From IMG/VR virus record IMGVR_UViG_3300032299_001203, positions 1 through 64,000 of that record: DNA of 64,000 nt, one strand, 5' to 3'. Of the stretch, positions 27,686 to 44,861 are shown in pieces. A program made the position numbers and the translations under genes. Positions within the stretch are counted from its first letter, which is position 1. Each line of letters opens with the position of its first letter. The notes beneath the pieces were generated by a model. That model worked only from the letters and a program-made list of their open reading frames with translations, had not been told where the DNA came from and searched no databases. The stretch is from a virus.

Positions 27686-28846
27686 ATGCGTTTTCATATT
27701 TTAGGTTTACCACATACAGTTTCTTCAAAAGAATATAATGCTTGCGCTTATACACAAAAAGTAGTTAAGTTTGGTAAAATGATGAAGGCCTTAGGCCACA
27801 CAATTATACATTATGGCCACGAAGATTCGAATTTAGTTTGTGATGAACACGTCACAGTAACCACCAATAAAGATTTAGAAATTGCTTATGGTGATTATGA
27901 TTGGCGAAAAAACTTTTATAAGTTTGATACCAGTGACCATGCATATCAAACATTTTATAAAAATGCCATCCGTGAAGTTGGTTTAAGAAAACAAAAAAAT
28001 GATTTCATTCTTCCTTTTTGGGGTTCTGGTGTTCGACCAATATGTGATGCACATTCGGATTTAATATGTGTAGAACCAGGAATAGGTTATGCAGGTGGCC
28101 ATTGGGCTCGTTGGAAAATTTTTGAATCGTATGCAATTTATCATGCTTATTATGGAATGACAGCAGTTGGTTCTTGTAAACAAGATTGGTATGATGCAGT
28201 TATTCCAAATTATTTTGATCCTGATGATTTTACATTTCAAGAAAAAAAAGAAGATTACTTTCTATTCTTAGGAAGAGTTTATGATGGTAAAGGTGTCAAT
28301 GTTGCTGTTCAAGTAACTGAAGCAATTGGTGCCAAATTAATTATTGCCGGTCAAAATTCATTGAAAAATATGGGTTACAATAAAATACCAGATCATGTGA
28401 CAGAAATTGGTTATGCTGATGTTGAGATGAGAAGAAAATTAATGGCTGGCGCTAAAGCCGCTTTTGTTCCATCGATGTATGTTGAACCTTTCGGCGGTGT
28501 ACAAGTCGAGATGTTGTTCTCTGGTACTCCTACGATTACCACCGATTGGGGTTCATTTACTGAAAACAATATTCACGGAATTACTGGTTATCGTTGTAGA
28601 ACTTTTGAACAATTCTTGTGGGCAGCGAATAACATCCACAGTATTAATCCAAAAAACTGTCGTGCTTTTGCTGAAAACTTTACATTAGAAAAAGTTGGCA
28701 GAATGTATGAGGAATATTTTCAATCTGTTTTGAATGTTTACACTGGTAATGGTTGGTATGAAAGGAATGATGCAAGGCCGCAATTGAATTGGTTAAAGAA
28801 AAATTATCCTCACGAAATGCCTCAAATTATTAAACTAAATAGCTAG
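27686..28846 (+). CDS. glycosyltransferase, GT-B / family 4
   Basis: LFLGR...KG, PS.Y.EPFGGV..E....GTP.ITTD.G. Confidence 0.9.
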   Translation: MRFHILGLPHTVSSKEYNACAYTQKVVKFGKMMKALGHTIIHYGHEDSNLVCDEHVTVTTNKDLEIAYGDYDWRKNFYKFDTSDHAYQTFYKNAIREVGLRKQKNDFILPFWGSGVRPICDAHSDLICVEPGIGYAGGHWARWKIFESYAIYHAYYGMTAVGSCKQDWYDAVIPNYFDPDDFTFQEKKEDYFLFLGRVYDGKGVNVAVQVTEAIGAKLIIAGQNSLKNMGYNKIPDHVTEIGYADVEMRRKLMAGAKAAFVPSMYVEPFGGVQVEMLFSGTPTITTDWGSFTENNIHGITGYRCRTFEQFLWAANNIHSINPKNCRAFAENFTLEKVGRMYEEYFQSVLNVYTGNGWYERNDARPQLNWLKKNYPHEMPQIIKLNS

Positions 28847-28885
28847 TTATAGAAGCATGTTTTAAATCTAAGGGGATAGTGAACC

Positions 28886-34897
<6,012 letters not shown>

Positions 34898-34898
34898 A

Positions 34899-36359
34899 AT
34901 GGCTAGCAAAATACAAGTAAGACGGGATTCATCTAACAACTGGACAAGTACAAATCCTACTTTGTCGCAAGGCGAACCTGGCTATGAAATAGACACAAAT
35001 AAAATAAAATATGGTGACGGAACAACTGCTTGGAACAGCCTCGCATACACTACAGGAGCTGGATCTGGTGCTACAGGTGCGACTGGTGCTGTTGGTTCAA
35101 CCGGTGCAACAGGAATTCAAGGTGCTACGGGTGCCACAGGTATTCAAGGACCTAATGGTGTAACAGGTAATACTGGTTCAACAGGTCCAGTTGGTACAAC
35201 AGGAGCTACAGGAATTGAAGGACCTGTTGGTGCAACAGGCGCTACTGGTGTAACAGGTAATACTGGCTCTACGGGTCCAGCGGGCACAACAGATTATAAT
35301 AATTTACTCAATACTCCGACAATTAATTTGCCACAATTTGAATACCATGTGGCTCAAAATGGAAACGATACTACAGGTGACGGATCATTATTAAATCCTT
35401 GGTTGACTATTGGCAAAGCTTTAATTGCAAGTGCAAATGATGCTAGCAAAATTATACTTCATGCAGGAGAATATATTGAAGATATTAATGTGAATAATTT
35501 ATTTGCCACAACTTTCACTAGTTTTGATGCTGGTGGTTTTGGAGCTTCGTCACCATTAATTGATGGTAATGTAATTGTTAGTGGAACTAGTTCTTCAATT
35601 GCATTTAAAAATGTAGGAATAAGGCGTGGTCTCACACACAGTTCGAGTGGTTCTTTATATTTGACTGATTTAACTTTAGGATCGAGCACTTATTTGGCAA
35701 CATTTAATAAATCTGGCTCAGGTTTCCTTAGTGTTCAAGATTGTAATATGTCAGTTATTGTAGGAGGTAATTTAACAAATGTTAATATTACGGGATCAGG
35801 CATTTCATTATTTAATAATACTCAATTTGCATCTTTAACAGCAAATAACGCTTCTACACAAATTAGTTTGGTAAATGGGTGTACCACTTATTCAGTAACA
35901 TTAACTACAGGAACTTTAAATATTTTTGACGGCATAATGTATACTTTGGCTCCTAGTGCTAATGCAATCACTGCTACGGGAGGCACATTGCAATTAAGAA
36001 ATAGTTTATTAGTTAATCCTGCTAATATGACGCCTGCAAAAATTAATTTGGCTTCACCAACTGTTTTTGCATATGATGATATATTTTTTGATAGAACGAA
36101 TAGTGTTCTTGGTATTAGTGCTAATACTGTTGTTGATTTTCAAAATGTAAGATTGTTTAACAGTTTAAGTGCTAATACAATATCTGCAAATACAATTACT
36201 ATTTCAAGTTTTATAAGATATCCTGTTTATACTTCAGCAAATTTAATATCTATTACCGGTAGCGTAGGTTCAACCGTTGCTCTTAATACCGGTAAATTGG
36301 CATATTGGGATGTTGCAAATACAAGATGGAGTTATGTGTCGGATGATTCAGCAGTATAA
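34899..36359 (+). CDS. fibre protein: Mtd-N-like domain, collagen, beta-helix
   Basis: IQVRRD...W...NP.L..GE.GYE.DT.KIK.GDG...WNSL; [18 protein letters not shown]. Confidence 0.8.
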   Translation: MASKIQVRRDSSNNWTSTNPTLSQGEPGYEIDTNKIKYGDGTTAWNSLAYTTGAGSGATGATGAVGSTGATGIQGATGATGIQGPNGVTGNTGSTGPVGTTGATGIEGPVGATGATGVTGNTGSTGPAGTTDYNNLLNTPTINLPQFEYHVAQNGNDTTGDGSLLNPWLTIGKALIASANDASKIILHAGEYIEDINVNNLFATTFTSFDAGGFGASSPLIDGNVIVSGTSSSIAFKNVGIRRGLTHSSSGSLYLTDLTLGSSTYLATFNKSGSGFLSVQDCNMSVIVGGNLTNVNITGSGISLFNNTQFASLTANNASTQISLVNGCTTYSVTLTTGTLNIFDGIMYTLAPSANAITATGGTLQLRNSLLVNPANMTPAKINLASPTVFAYDDIFFDRTNSVLGISANTVVDFQNVRLFNSLSANTISANTITISSFIRYPVYTSANLISITGSVGSTVALNTGKLAYWDVANTRWSYVSDDSAV

Positions 36360-36370
36360 TAGGAAAATAA

Positions 36371-36973
36371 ATGCCATTAAAACAAAGTGAAATTGCTCAG
36401 AGTGGTTTAGGTCGAGGTGCTACTGGCGCTTTTGGTTCTACAGGCGCTACCGGCATACAAGGACCATTAGGTTCTACTGGTGCTACAGGACCAATTGGAT
36501 CTACCGGTACAGGAACAACGGGCGCTACAGGTCCGTTAGGACCAACTGGTGCTACAGGCTTTGGTGCCACAGGAGCTACGGGTATTCAAGGACCAATTGG
36601 TTCTACTGGTGCTACAGGACCCGTTGGTTCAACAGGACCATTTGCAAACACCACAGCCACATTAAATATTACTGGAATAGCAGTTGCAAATACATATTAT
36701 TTTACTAATTACTCTCCAAGAAGTTTAACAGTACAATATCTATCAGCAAGAATTGTTAATGGATCAGGAACTGCAACGGTTACCGCATTTAATGGATCAA
36801 ATTTTGTTGGTGGTTTAGTAAATATTCCTGTTTCAGTTTTAGGCGTTTTTCAACCTGCTCAGATTGGAGTTAATAATGTAGCCAACACAGGAAATGCTTT
36901 GTATATTTCAGTTCAATCATTAAATTTACAAACAGCAAATACTGTTTTAGTGGTAACATTAGGTTTTTCTTAA
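36371..36973 (+). CDS. short collagen-like protein
   Basis: GATG repeats followed by a beta-rich domain. Confidence 0.8.
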   Translation: MPLKQSEIAQSGLGRGATGAFGSTGATGIQGPLGSTGATGPIGSTGTGTTGATGPLGPTGATGFGATGATGIQGPIGSTGATGPVGSTGPFANTTATLNITGIAVANTYYFTNYSPRSLTVQYLSARIVNGSGTATVTAFNGSNFVGGLVNIPVSVLGVFQPAQIGVNNVANTGNALYISVQSLNLQTANTVLVVTLGFS

Positions 36974-36977
36974 TATA

Positions 36978-37700
36978 ATGGTAGAATTACTTTTTACTAC
37001 AAGTGTAATTTGGACAGTCCCTAAAGATTGGACAAATGAAAATATTATTGAAATTTATGGTGGAGGAGGTGGAGCCACAGGTCCTTACTTCTTTGGTTCA
37101 TTCGGAGGTAGCACTATCATGGGTTTCTCTGGTTTTGCAGGAGGTTATAATTTTACCAGAAATCTCAGCAATCTTATACCGGGTGATCAAATAGAAATTA
37201 ATGTTGGCGGAAGAGGATCCGGTGGTGTTGGTGTAGGAATATTAATTGAAACTCGTCCACCAAATTCACTCGCCATAAATAGACGTTTTCGAAGTTTTGA
37301 TTGGCTTGGCAAATACGGCGGTGACACTATAATTAAGCGCACTAATGGCAATATGATATTAAGCGCTACGGGAGGTGGACCAGGAAGTGTTAGATATGTA
37401 TCAGATTCTATCACTGTGTCACCTTTTACGATCTTTGCAACCATTCCTGGTCCCGATCGACCTGGAACTCCATTGCGCCTTTGGAGCAGCGGTGAAAGTG
37501 TTTTCAGTACAAATCGTTATACTCGTTATCCACCAATTAGTGACGGATCTTTGGTTAAACTTGTTACCAAATATGGAGCAGGAGGTGCGCCGAGTTCGGT
37601 TGTTAGTAGTACATTTACTCAACAAGCTGGCCAATCTGGTGTAGTTGCAATTTCATATGTATCACGGACAACACACTCACCTTGTGTATGGATATCATAA
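36978..37700 (+). CDS. glycine-rich tail-tip/adhesin-like protein
   Basis: WTVP, GGGGG, PG..I.I.VG..G, A.GG, G.SGVV.I.Y. Confidence 0.65.
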   Translation: MVELLFTTSVIWTVPKDWTNENIIEIYGGGGGATGPYFFGSFGGSTIMGFSGFAGGYNFTRNLSNLIPGDQIEINVGGRGSGGVGVGILIETRPPNSLAINRRFRSFDWLGKYGGDTIIKRTNGNMILSATGGGPGSVRYVSDSITVSPFTIFATIPGPDRPGTPLRLWSSGESVFSTNRYTRYPPISDGSLVKLVTKYGAGGAPSSVVSSTFTQQAGQSGVVAISYVSRTTHSPCVWIS

Positions 37701-37801
37701 TTTCAAAATTTCGAATTTTTGCGTTCCGGCCCAAAAATTTTTTCCTGCGCTTCTCAAGTTCCAAAAAGCGCATTTACTCCAAGAAACGTAATAAATAAAA
37801 G

Positions 37802-38194
37802 ATGGCAAACCTAACAAAGATATATTCCGACATCGATTTCACTTTTACCAAGAAGCCGGTAGTTGGTGACGTTGCTCTCAGCTATGACGAATTGGCCGTT
37901 GTTCGTTCTATTCGTAACTTACTACTAACAAAGCATTATGAAAGACCTTTTAATCCTGACATAGGATCCAACATTGATGCTATACTATTTGAACCCATAT
38001 CTCCTGTAACTGCCACAACCTTAGAGAAAGAGGTTGAGTTGATCATTAAAAACTATGAAAAAAGAGCAAAATTAAAAGAAATAATCATTGTGCCATATCC
38101 TGACAAAAATGCTTATGATATCACAATTAGTTTCTATATTGAAAATGCAACACTACCAACATCAGTAACATTACTTCTAGAGAGAAATAGATAA
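37802..38194 (+). CDS. gp25: baseplate wedge subunit
   Basis: YSDIDF.F, AV.RSIRNL.LT..YERPF.P.IGS, LFE; AATAAATA upstream. Confidence 0.93.
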   Translation: MANLTKIYSDIDFTFTKKPVVGDVALSYDELAVVRSIRNLLLTKHYERPFNPDIGSNIDAILFEPISPVTATTLEKEVELIIKNYEKRAKLKEIIIVPYPDKNAYDITISFYIENATLPTSVTLLLERNR

Positions 38195-38195
38195 A

Positions 38196-40265
38196 ATGGC
38201 TGGAAATAAATCCAATATTCAGATTACCGATTTAGATTTTAATACAATTAAAACTAATCTTAAAAAGTTTTTGCAATCACAAAACACATTACAAGATTAT
38301 AACTATGAAGGATCTGCACTCTCTACACTATTGGATATTCTTTCTTATAACACACAATATAATGCTTATTACTTAAATATGGTTGCCAATGAGATGTTTT
38401 TGGATTCAGCATTACAAAGATCATCAGTAGTTTCTCATGCAAAACTATTAAATTATACTCCAAAATCGGCAGCAGCACCATCAGCCACCATTAATATCAC
38501 TTTCAATCAAGTAACTGATTCTTCTTTAACACTACCAAAATTTACTTCGTTTATGTCCGAAGCAATTGATGGCGTAAACTACAAATTTGTAACAGTTAAT
38601 TCAACTACATTAAATACAAATACTGTTTTCAATTCGGTTACGTTTTCAAACTTAACAATTAAACAAGGTGAACCAATCAACTTAAATTATACTTATGATT
38701 CTGCGGCCAACCCAACAGCTATATTTGATTTACCTGACACAAACATTGACACTTCTACATTAACTGTATCCGTACAACAGAGTGGTTCAAATACTGCCTA
38801 CGAAATTTATACTTTGGCTTCAGATTATTTGAGTTTGGATGCAACATCGAGTGTGTATTTCTTACAAGAAGGTATCAATGGTTACTATCAGATATATTTT
38901 GGTGATGGCATATTAGGAAAATCAATTACTGATGGCAACATTGTAACAGTTTCATATATTGTAACCAATGGTACAAGTTCAGCAGGAGCAAATAATTTTG
39001 TATTGATGGATGCTATTTCTGGATACTCCAACACCACAATAACACCCGTCACATCTACAACACAAGGTTCTGAAAAAGAAACCATTCAATCAATTAAATA
39101 CACCGCACCTAAATCATACTCTGCTCAAGGTCGTGCTGTTACAAAAGAAGATTACATTTATCTGATTCAAAATAATGCTGGTATTTTTCCAATAGATGCT
39201 GTTAATGTTTGGGGCGGAGAAGAAAATAATCCTCCTGTTTATGGTACTATTTTTATTGCCATAAAACCAAAAGGTGGATACACTTTAACACAAACACAAA
39301 AAAATATTATTGAAGAAAGAATTATTAAACCTATTTCCGTGTTAACAATTAAACCAAAAATTATAGACGTTGACTATACATATTTAAAAATTATATCAAA
39401 CATATATTATAATCCAAAATTAACAGCATTGACTTCTGATCAATTAGAAACACAGGTGTTTAATTCTATTCAAAATTTTGCAACTAACACATTAAATAAA
39501 TTTAATTCAACATTTCAATTGTCATCATTGATAACTGCGGTGCAATCCGTTAATCAATCATTCATAACTAATGATGCATCGTTAGTATTACAAAAAAGAT
39601 TTTCACCAAATTTACTTAATTCAACATCATATTCATTTAATTTTGGTGTGCCATTGAAAAAAGATATTTTCTCAAAAAGTATTAGTATTAGTCCTACTTT
39701 TCAAGTAATTGATACAAAAAATAATAATATTGTTAGAACCGCATATCTAGAAGAAACTCCATCAGGAACAACTTTTTTAGATTCTATAACTATTATTAAT
39801 CCAGGATTTGGTTACACATCCAATCCAATAGTAACCATTGTAGGTGATGGTACAGGTGCAACAGCAAAAGCAACTGTTGTAAATGGCCAAGTTAATAACA
39901 TTACGATAACAAATTCTGGAATCGATTATACACAAGCTCTAATTGAAATTACTTCAGCTGATGGTAACGGAACTATGTGTTCAGCTTTGGCTGTTTTAGC
40001 TGGCAACAGAGGAACATTAAGAACATATTATTATAGTGAAGGTGTTAAAACAATTTTAAATGTTAATGCTGGCACAGTAGATTATCAAACTGGTGTGGTC
40101 ACATTAACTGATTTTAATCCATCACAAATTGATAATCCTTTAGGTATATTAACTTTACAAGCAATACCAAATTCAACAATCGTTTCTTCTGATAAAGATA
40201 AAATTATCACATTAGATAATACGGATCAGTCAGCAATTGAAATAAACATTACAGCAAGTAGTTAA
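38196..40265 (+). CDS. gp6: baseplate wedge subunit
   Basis: LDF..IK.NLK.FL, DYNYEGS, FLDSA..RSSVVSHAK, FGDG, RAVT..DY, WGGE. Confidence 0.95.
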   Translation: MAGNKSNIQITDLDFNTIKTNLKKFLQSQNTLQDYNYEGSALSTLLDILSYNTQYNAYYLNMVANEMFLDSALQRSSVVSHAKLLNYTPKSAAAPSATINITFNQVTDSSLTLPKFTSFMSEAIDGVNYKFVTVNSTTLNTNTVFNSVTFSNLTIKQGEPINLNYTYDSAANPTAIFDLPDTNIDTSTLTVSVQQSGSNTAYEIYTLASDYLSLDATSSVYFLQEGINGYYQIYFGDGILGKSITDGNIVTVSYIVTNGTSSAGANNFVLMDAISGYSNTTITPVTSTTQGSEKETIQSIKYTAPKSYSAQGRAVTKEDYIYLIQNNAGIFPIDAVNVWGGEENNPPVYGTIFIAIKPKGGYTLTQTQKNIIEERIIKPISVLTIKPKIIDVDYTYLKIISNIYYNPKLTALTSDQLETQVFNSIQNFATNTLNKFNSTFQLSSLITAVQSVNQSFITNDASLVLQKRFSPNLLNSTSYSFNFGVPLKKDIFSKSISISPTFQVIDTKNNNIVRTAYLEETPSGTTFLDSITIINPGFGYTSNPIVTIVGDGTGATAKATVVNGQVNNITITNSGIDYTQALIEITSADGNGTMCSALAVLAGNRGTLRTYYYSEGVKTILNVNAGTVDYQTGVVTLTDFNPSQIDNPLGILTLQAIPNSTIVSSDKDKIITLDNTDQSAIEINITASS

Positions 40266-40268
40266 TAA

Positions 40269-43178
40269 ATGATTTTAGATAATCACAAAACATCATTACA
40301 GGTTGCTAAACAACTTCCTGAATTTATTCAGGATGATTCAGCTTATCAAAATTTTGTTTCTTTTATTGAAGCATACTATCAATGGATGGAAACAACTCAT
40401 AGTGCAAATGCATCAAATACCATTGTTACTTCAAGTGACCAAGGTATAACACACGCATCAAAGAATTTATTAAATTATTCTGATGTTGACAATACATTAG
40501 ATGAATTTATTGATTATTTTATTAATGATTTTCTTCCTTACATACCAAAAGATGCTTTAACGGACAAAAGAAAATTATTAAAAATATCAAAAGAATTATA
40601 CAACAACAAAGGAACAGAAAGTTCTTATAAATTCCTGTTTAGAGCTTTATATAACTCAAGTGCCGAAATATTTAACACATCTGATACAGTTTTAAAAGCT
40701 TCAGATGGCAAATGGGTAATTACAAAATCTTTAAGAATAGATTCTTTAAATCCAAATTGGCTTTTAATTAATAATTTAAGAATTTTTGGAGAAACAACCA
40801 AATCATATGCAACAATTGAATATTCAAGTGTAACTGGTTCTAAAACTGAAGTTTTTATTTCAAACATACAGAGATTATTTAATTCTGGAGAATTTGTTCG
40901 TGTAGTTGACAACAATAATTTAGATGTTTATTTCCTTAATGGTAAAGTTTATATTCAAAACCAAGGAGTAAACATACCAGAAAACGCTGTGATACTAAGA
41001 GGTAAAATTATTGGTGTTATTTCATCGATTAGAATAAACTCCAAAGAACGTGGCCAATTTTATGAACCAGGTGATCCTGTTATTATTTCTGGCGGATTAA
41101 ATCCGGATGTTGTTGATCCAGTTGGTGCAGAAGCTTTTGTTGGTCAAACAACAAGAGGTAGTATTTCATCTATAGTTGTTACTGATGGATCAAATGGCTT
41201 TCAATTGCCTCCTAATTCAGCTATTAATTTTTTAGGAACGGCAGACGCACCAGCAAGAGCTGAAATTAATTTATTGGATAGTGAAAAATTAACAAATGTT
41301 TCTTTTATTATCAGCAATTCTTTAGGTACGGCTTCAAATATAGCAATTGGCAATACAACTTTAGCACAAACATATAATATATTTCAAAATCCAGGTGTAA
41401 CTAATACAAATTCTAGATTAGTGGATGCATTTACATTTACATCTTTTGTTGTTGGGCCAATCGGTTCTATTAAAATTACAAATCAAGGTGCAGGATATAA
41501 TAAAACACCAAACGTTACTGTTACTTCTTTGTATTCTACTGACGCAGGACAAAGTGATTTAAAAAATCTTGGCATATTACAACCTATTTCAATTCGAAAT
41601 GCTGGTACTGGTTATGGAAACAATGACACAATTAGTATTGTTGGTGGTTTGGGATCAGGAGCGTTTGCGAACATAGTAGTTAACGCAACAGGATCAATTG
41701 TTAGGGCACCATACATATTTTCTGGCAACAATATAAACACAACTTACTCATTAGGTGGTTTTGGATACACACTTTCTGATCTACCAACTATAATAATTAA
41801 TAGTGAATATGGATCAAATGCAAGTCTTGTTATTCCAGGAATTATGGGAGATGGTGCAATTTTATCTCCAACAACGGATCGTATTGGCCAAATTTCAACC
41901 ATCAATATTACCAATCCAGGCGAAGATTATGTTTCTGCACCAAAGGTATATTTAAATGTGCAAGATATTGCTCTGAGTAATGTGTCTGGAACAAATTCAA
42001 TTGTTACCGGAGATATCATCTATCAAGGTAATACATACCTGTCTGCAACATATTCTGCAAATGTTTATTCTTTTATTAGAACTTCATTTGACACCACAGG
42101 AAATACACAAAATGACATCTACAGATTAAGGGTGTATGATTATTCAGGAAATTATGCCGAAGGATTAACTTTAAATATTGATAGAGAAGTTGGCAACACA
42201 ACAGTACAATTAAATTTCAGTCCACAACCAGTATTGATTAACAAAGCTGGTTTACCTGGCAGTATGATTAAATATGGTGATGGTAATGCTAAAGCTAACG
42301 CAGCATTTTTAAATGGATTAATTGTTGGCCAAGGTGTATATTTAAATGAAGATGGACAACCTTCTTCATTAGGATTAGTTCTGGAGAGTTTAGATTATAA
42401 TAAGTATACATATGTTTTATCGGTAGAAAAAGCTTTAAAATCATATAAAGATTTAATTTTAAACCTTTTACATCCCGCTGGTTCAAAACTTATTGGTAGA
42501 AATTTACTAAGAAGTTCCAATTCCTTTAACCTTGGAACAGAAACGGGGCACCAAAAAGGTTACACTTTGGAATATGTGGCTGGCGGAGCAGCTTACTTGA
42601 CTTTAGAAGTTAACACCGCCACGGATATAATTAGCACCAATATTATCAAAGTCAACAATGTTATATCTGGTAATATTGGTAACACTATATTTGCTAATGA
42701 TTATATAAAATTTGAATCTAGCAATAATGTAAAAGTATACTCCTTAATTACTGACGTTGACTATGTAAATAACAAATTAACAATTGATGACAACGTATTT
42801 TTAACTTTTGCAAATGTGGGCTTTGGATATGCAAATGCCTCCTCAAACGTCATAAATATAACATCAGTTACGGGACAATATGATGGTAATTTTGACAGTA
42901 AGACACCAGCCAATAACATTATATACGTTGGAGATAGTGTTTCGTTAAACGGTGGACCATATTATGCAGTCACCAGAGTATTCGCCAACGGTAACATATC
43001 GGTGGCCAACAGTTCATTTGGACCATCAGGTAATTCTAGAATAACAGTAAACAAGAATGCTAATACACAAACCGCATTCATATACGGTCAAGTATTTGTA
43101 TATGATTATCCATTATTAGCAACAGAATCCGGCAATGAGATTATCACAGAACAAGGAACTTATCTAATCATAGGGTAA
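40269..43178 (+). CDS. gp7: baseplate wedge protein (gp7-like)
   Basis: QLPEFI, F..FIEAYY.WME, KGT..SYKFLFR.LY, LKASDGKW, LLHPAG; follows gp6. Confidence 0.75.
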   Translation: MILDNHKTSLQVAKQLPEFIQDDSAYQNFVSFIEAYYQWMETTHSANASNTIVTSSDQGITHASKNLLNYSDVDNTLDEFIDYFINDFLPYIPKDALTDKRKLLKISKELYNNKGTESSYKFLFRALYNSSAEIFNTSDTVLKASDGKWVITKSLRIDSLNPNWLLINNLRIFGETTKSYATIEYSSVTGSKTEVFISNIQRLFNSGEFVRVVDNNNLDVYFLNGKVYIQNQGVNIPENAVILRGKIIGVISSIRINSKERGQFYEPGDPVIISGGLNPDVVDPVGAEAFVGQTTRGSISSIVVTDGSNGFQLPPNSAINFLGTADAPARAEINLLDSEKLTNVSFIISNSLGTASNIAIGNTTLAQTYNIFQNPGVTNTNSRLVDAFTFTSFVVGPIGSIKITNQGAGYNKTPNVTVTSLYSTDAGQSDLKNLGILQPISIRNAGTGYGNNDTISIVGGLGSGAFANIVVNATGSIVRAPYIFSGNNINTTYSLGGFGYTLSDLPTIIINSEYGSNASLVIPGIMGDGAILSPTTDRIGQISTINITNPGEDYVSAPKVYLNVQDIALSNVSGTNSIVTGDIIYQGNTYLSATYSANVYSFIRTSFDTTGNTQNDIYRLRVYDYSGNYAEGLTLNIDREVGNTTVQLNFSPQPVLINKAGLPGSMIKYGDGNAKANAAFLNGLIVGQGVYLNEDGQPSSLGLVLESLDYNKYTYVLSVEKALKSYKDLILNLLHPAGSKLIGRNLLRSSNSFNLGTETGHQKGYTLEYVAGGAAYLTLEVNTATDIISTNIIKVNNVISGNIGNTIFANDYIKFESSNNVKVYSLITDVDYVNNKLTIDDNVFLTFANVGFGYANASSNVINITSVTGQYDGNFDSKTPANNIIYVGDSVSLNGGPYYAVTRVFANGNISVANSSFGPSGNSRITVNKNANTQTAFIYGQVFVYDYPLLATESGNEIITEQGTYLIIG

Positions 43179-43182
43179 AAAA

Positions 43183-44841
43183 ATGGCAACAGTAAAAATA
43201 TCACAACTACCAGTTTTATCACAGTTATCGGCTAACAACGCCAACACAGTATTTGTGGTGGTAGATAAAACCACCAATACAACTTCACAGTTTTCTACCA
43301 CGGTTTTAGCTCAAGGCTTATACGCCAACAATATTTTGAATGTTGGTACTGCAAACACAGGTCTTTTACTTCCTAATTCTGTAGCACAATTTATTAGTAA
43401 TACTGCAATCTTTTCACAAGTTAATTTTCAAAACATTAATTCAAAAGGTTCTGCTGATATTGTTATAACATCAGATGATGGTGATAACTCAAATAATTAT
43501 TTGGATTTGGGTGTTCAAGGTTCAAATATGGATGCTGATCCAACATTTGACTTACCCAATAATGATGGTTATTTGTATATGCATGGCAAGGACAATCAAA
43601 AGTATGGTAATTTATGGATTGGTACAGCGATTGCAAATACTGATTTAGTTTTCTTTACTGGTGATCATAAACAAGCCAATGAGGTTGCAAGAATTGAAGA
43701 TGGTGTTGGTCTATCTTTAAAAATGCCTATCAAGTTTGCTGATGGCACCATACAGAACACGGCACCGGTCACAGCAGCACACTCACAAGTTATTTTCAAT
43801 CAAGCCAATTCAGCGTATAATTTTGCTATTAATGTAAACACTTATACTGCGGCAGTGTACGCTCTTTCTAATACACAAAGTAATAGTATAACAGTAATGC
43901 AAGGTGTTAATACAACACAGAATACCAACATCACAACTGCCAACAACCAAGCTTGGGCAGCTTTTGATGCTGCAAATACAAACTCTGGCAATATTGCCAT
44001 ACTACAGGCAGTTAACACAACACAGAACACCAACATCACTACAGCAAACAATCATGCTTGGGCTGCATTTACCAAAGCAAACAATGCTTTAGCCAATACA
44101 ACAGGTATATTTGGTGGTACACTGACCATTACTGGTGATTTGGTGTTTGATGGCAGCCAAACTATTTCAGCAACTGATGATCTTTATATTGGTTCAAACG
44201 CTGGTATACAAATACAAACTGATCTTGGCGGAACTCAGAAACAATTTCAATTTGGAACGGATGGAAATTTAACTGTTCCAAATTATATTGTATTCCCGGA
44301 CAATACTGAAATTGGATATAATCCTTCTGCAAGTCCAACTTCTTTCATGGTTTCGACAGCAAACACATTGACATTGGAAGCAAATACATACACTTGGGGT
44401 TTTGGCGCAGATGGTACTACGATATTTCCAAACGGATTGATTAAGACTCGGACCAATCAGTCCATTGGTATTTTAGCCATAGATGGCGGATCACTTTCAG
44501 AATATCCAGCACAGTTAATGGCACAGCAAGTGGCACAAGCTCAACCAGATACTATTATTTCTTCATATGATAATAGAGCTACTATCCAAACAAATGTTAA
44601 TAGTACCATCAAGACTTGGACATTTGGCAGGAATGGTAGTTTAACATTCCCAGATTTATCTGTTCAAAACACCGCATTTACTGGTACTGCAATTGACCAA
44701 AATGCAACCAATTTGGCTCAAAGTGCTTACGACAAAGCCAATACAACAGCCAATACAACAATTACCATATCACAATTAAAATCTATATCAGCAAATGCTG
44801 GAAATTTTGGCGATTTTCAAATTGCAATTGCTGCTTTATAA
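43183..44841 (+). CDS. fibre/structural protein
   Basis: KISQLP N-terminus; AF/AY.xAN repeats; FG.DG.L..P repeats. Confidence 0.7.
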   Translation: MATVKISQLPVLSQLSANNANTVFVVVDKTTNTTSQFSTTVLAQGLYANNILNVGTANTGLLLPNSVAQFISNTAIFSQVNFQNINSKGSADIVITSDDGDNSNNYLDLGVQGSNMDADPTFDLPNNDGYLYMHGKDNQKYGNLWIGTAIANTDLVFFTGDHKQANEVARIEDGVGLSLKMPIKFADGTIQNTAPVTAAHSQVIFNQANSAYNFAINVNTYTAAVYALSNTQSNSITVMQGVNTTQNTNITTANNQAWAAFDAANTNSGNIAILQAVNTTQNTNITTANNHAWAAFTKANNALANTTGIFGGTLTITGDLVFDGSQTISATDDLYIGSNAGIQIQTDLGGTQKQFQFGTDGNLTVPNYIVFPDNTEIGYNPSASPTSFMVSTANTLTLEANTYTWGFGADGTTIFPNGLIKTRTNQSIGILAIDGGSLSEYPAQLMAQQVAQAQPDTIISSYDNRATIQTNVNSTIKTWTFGRNGSLTFPDLSVQNTAFTGTAIDQNATNLAQSAYDKANTTANTTITISQLKSISANAGNFGDFQIAIAAL

Positions 44842-44861
44842 AAACACTTAATAAATAAATC

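Noticed and set aside
34899-37800. Diversity-generating retroelement suggested by the Mtd-N-like domain and downstream hairpins
   Set aside because: No reverse transcriptase and no TR/VR pair differing at adenines seen in the window
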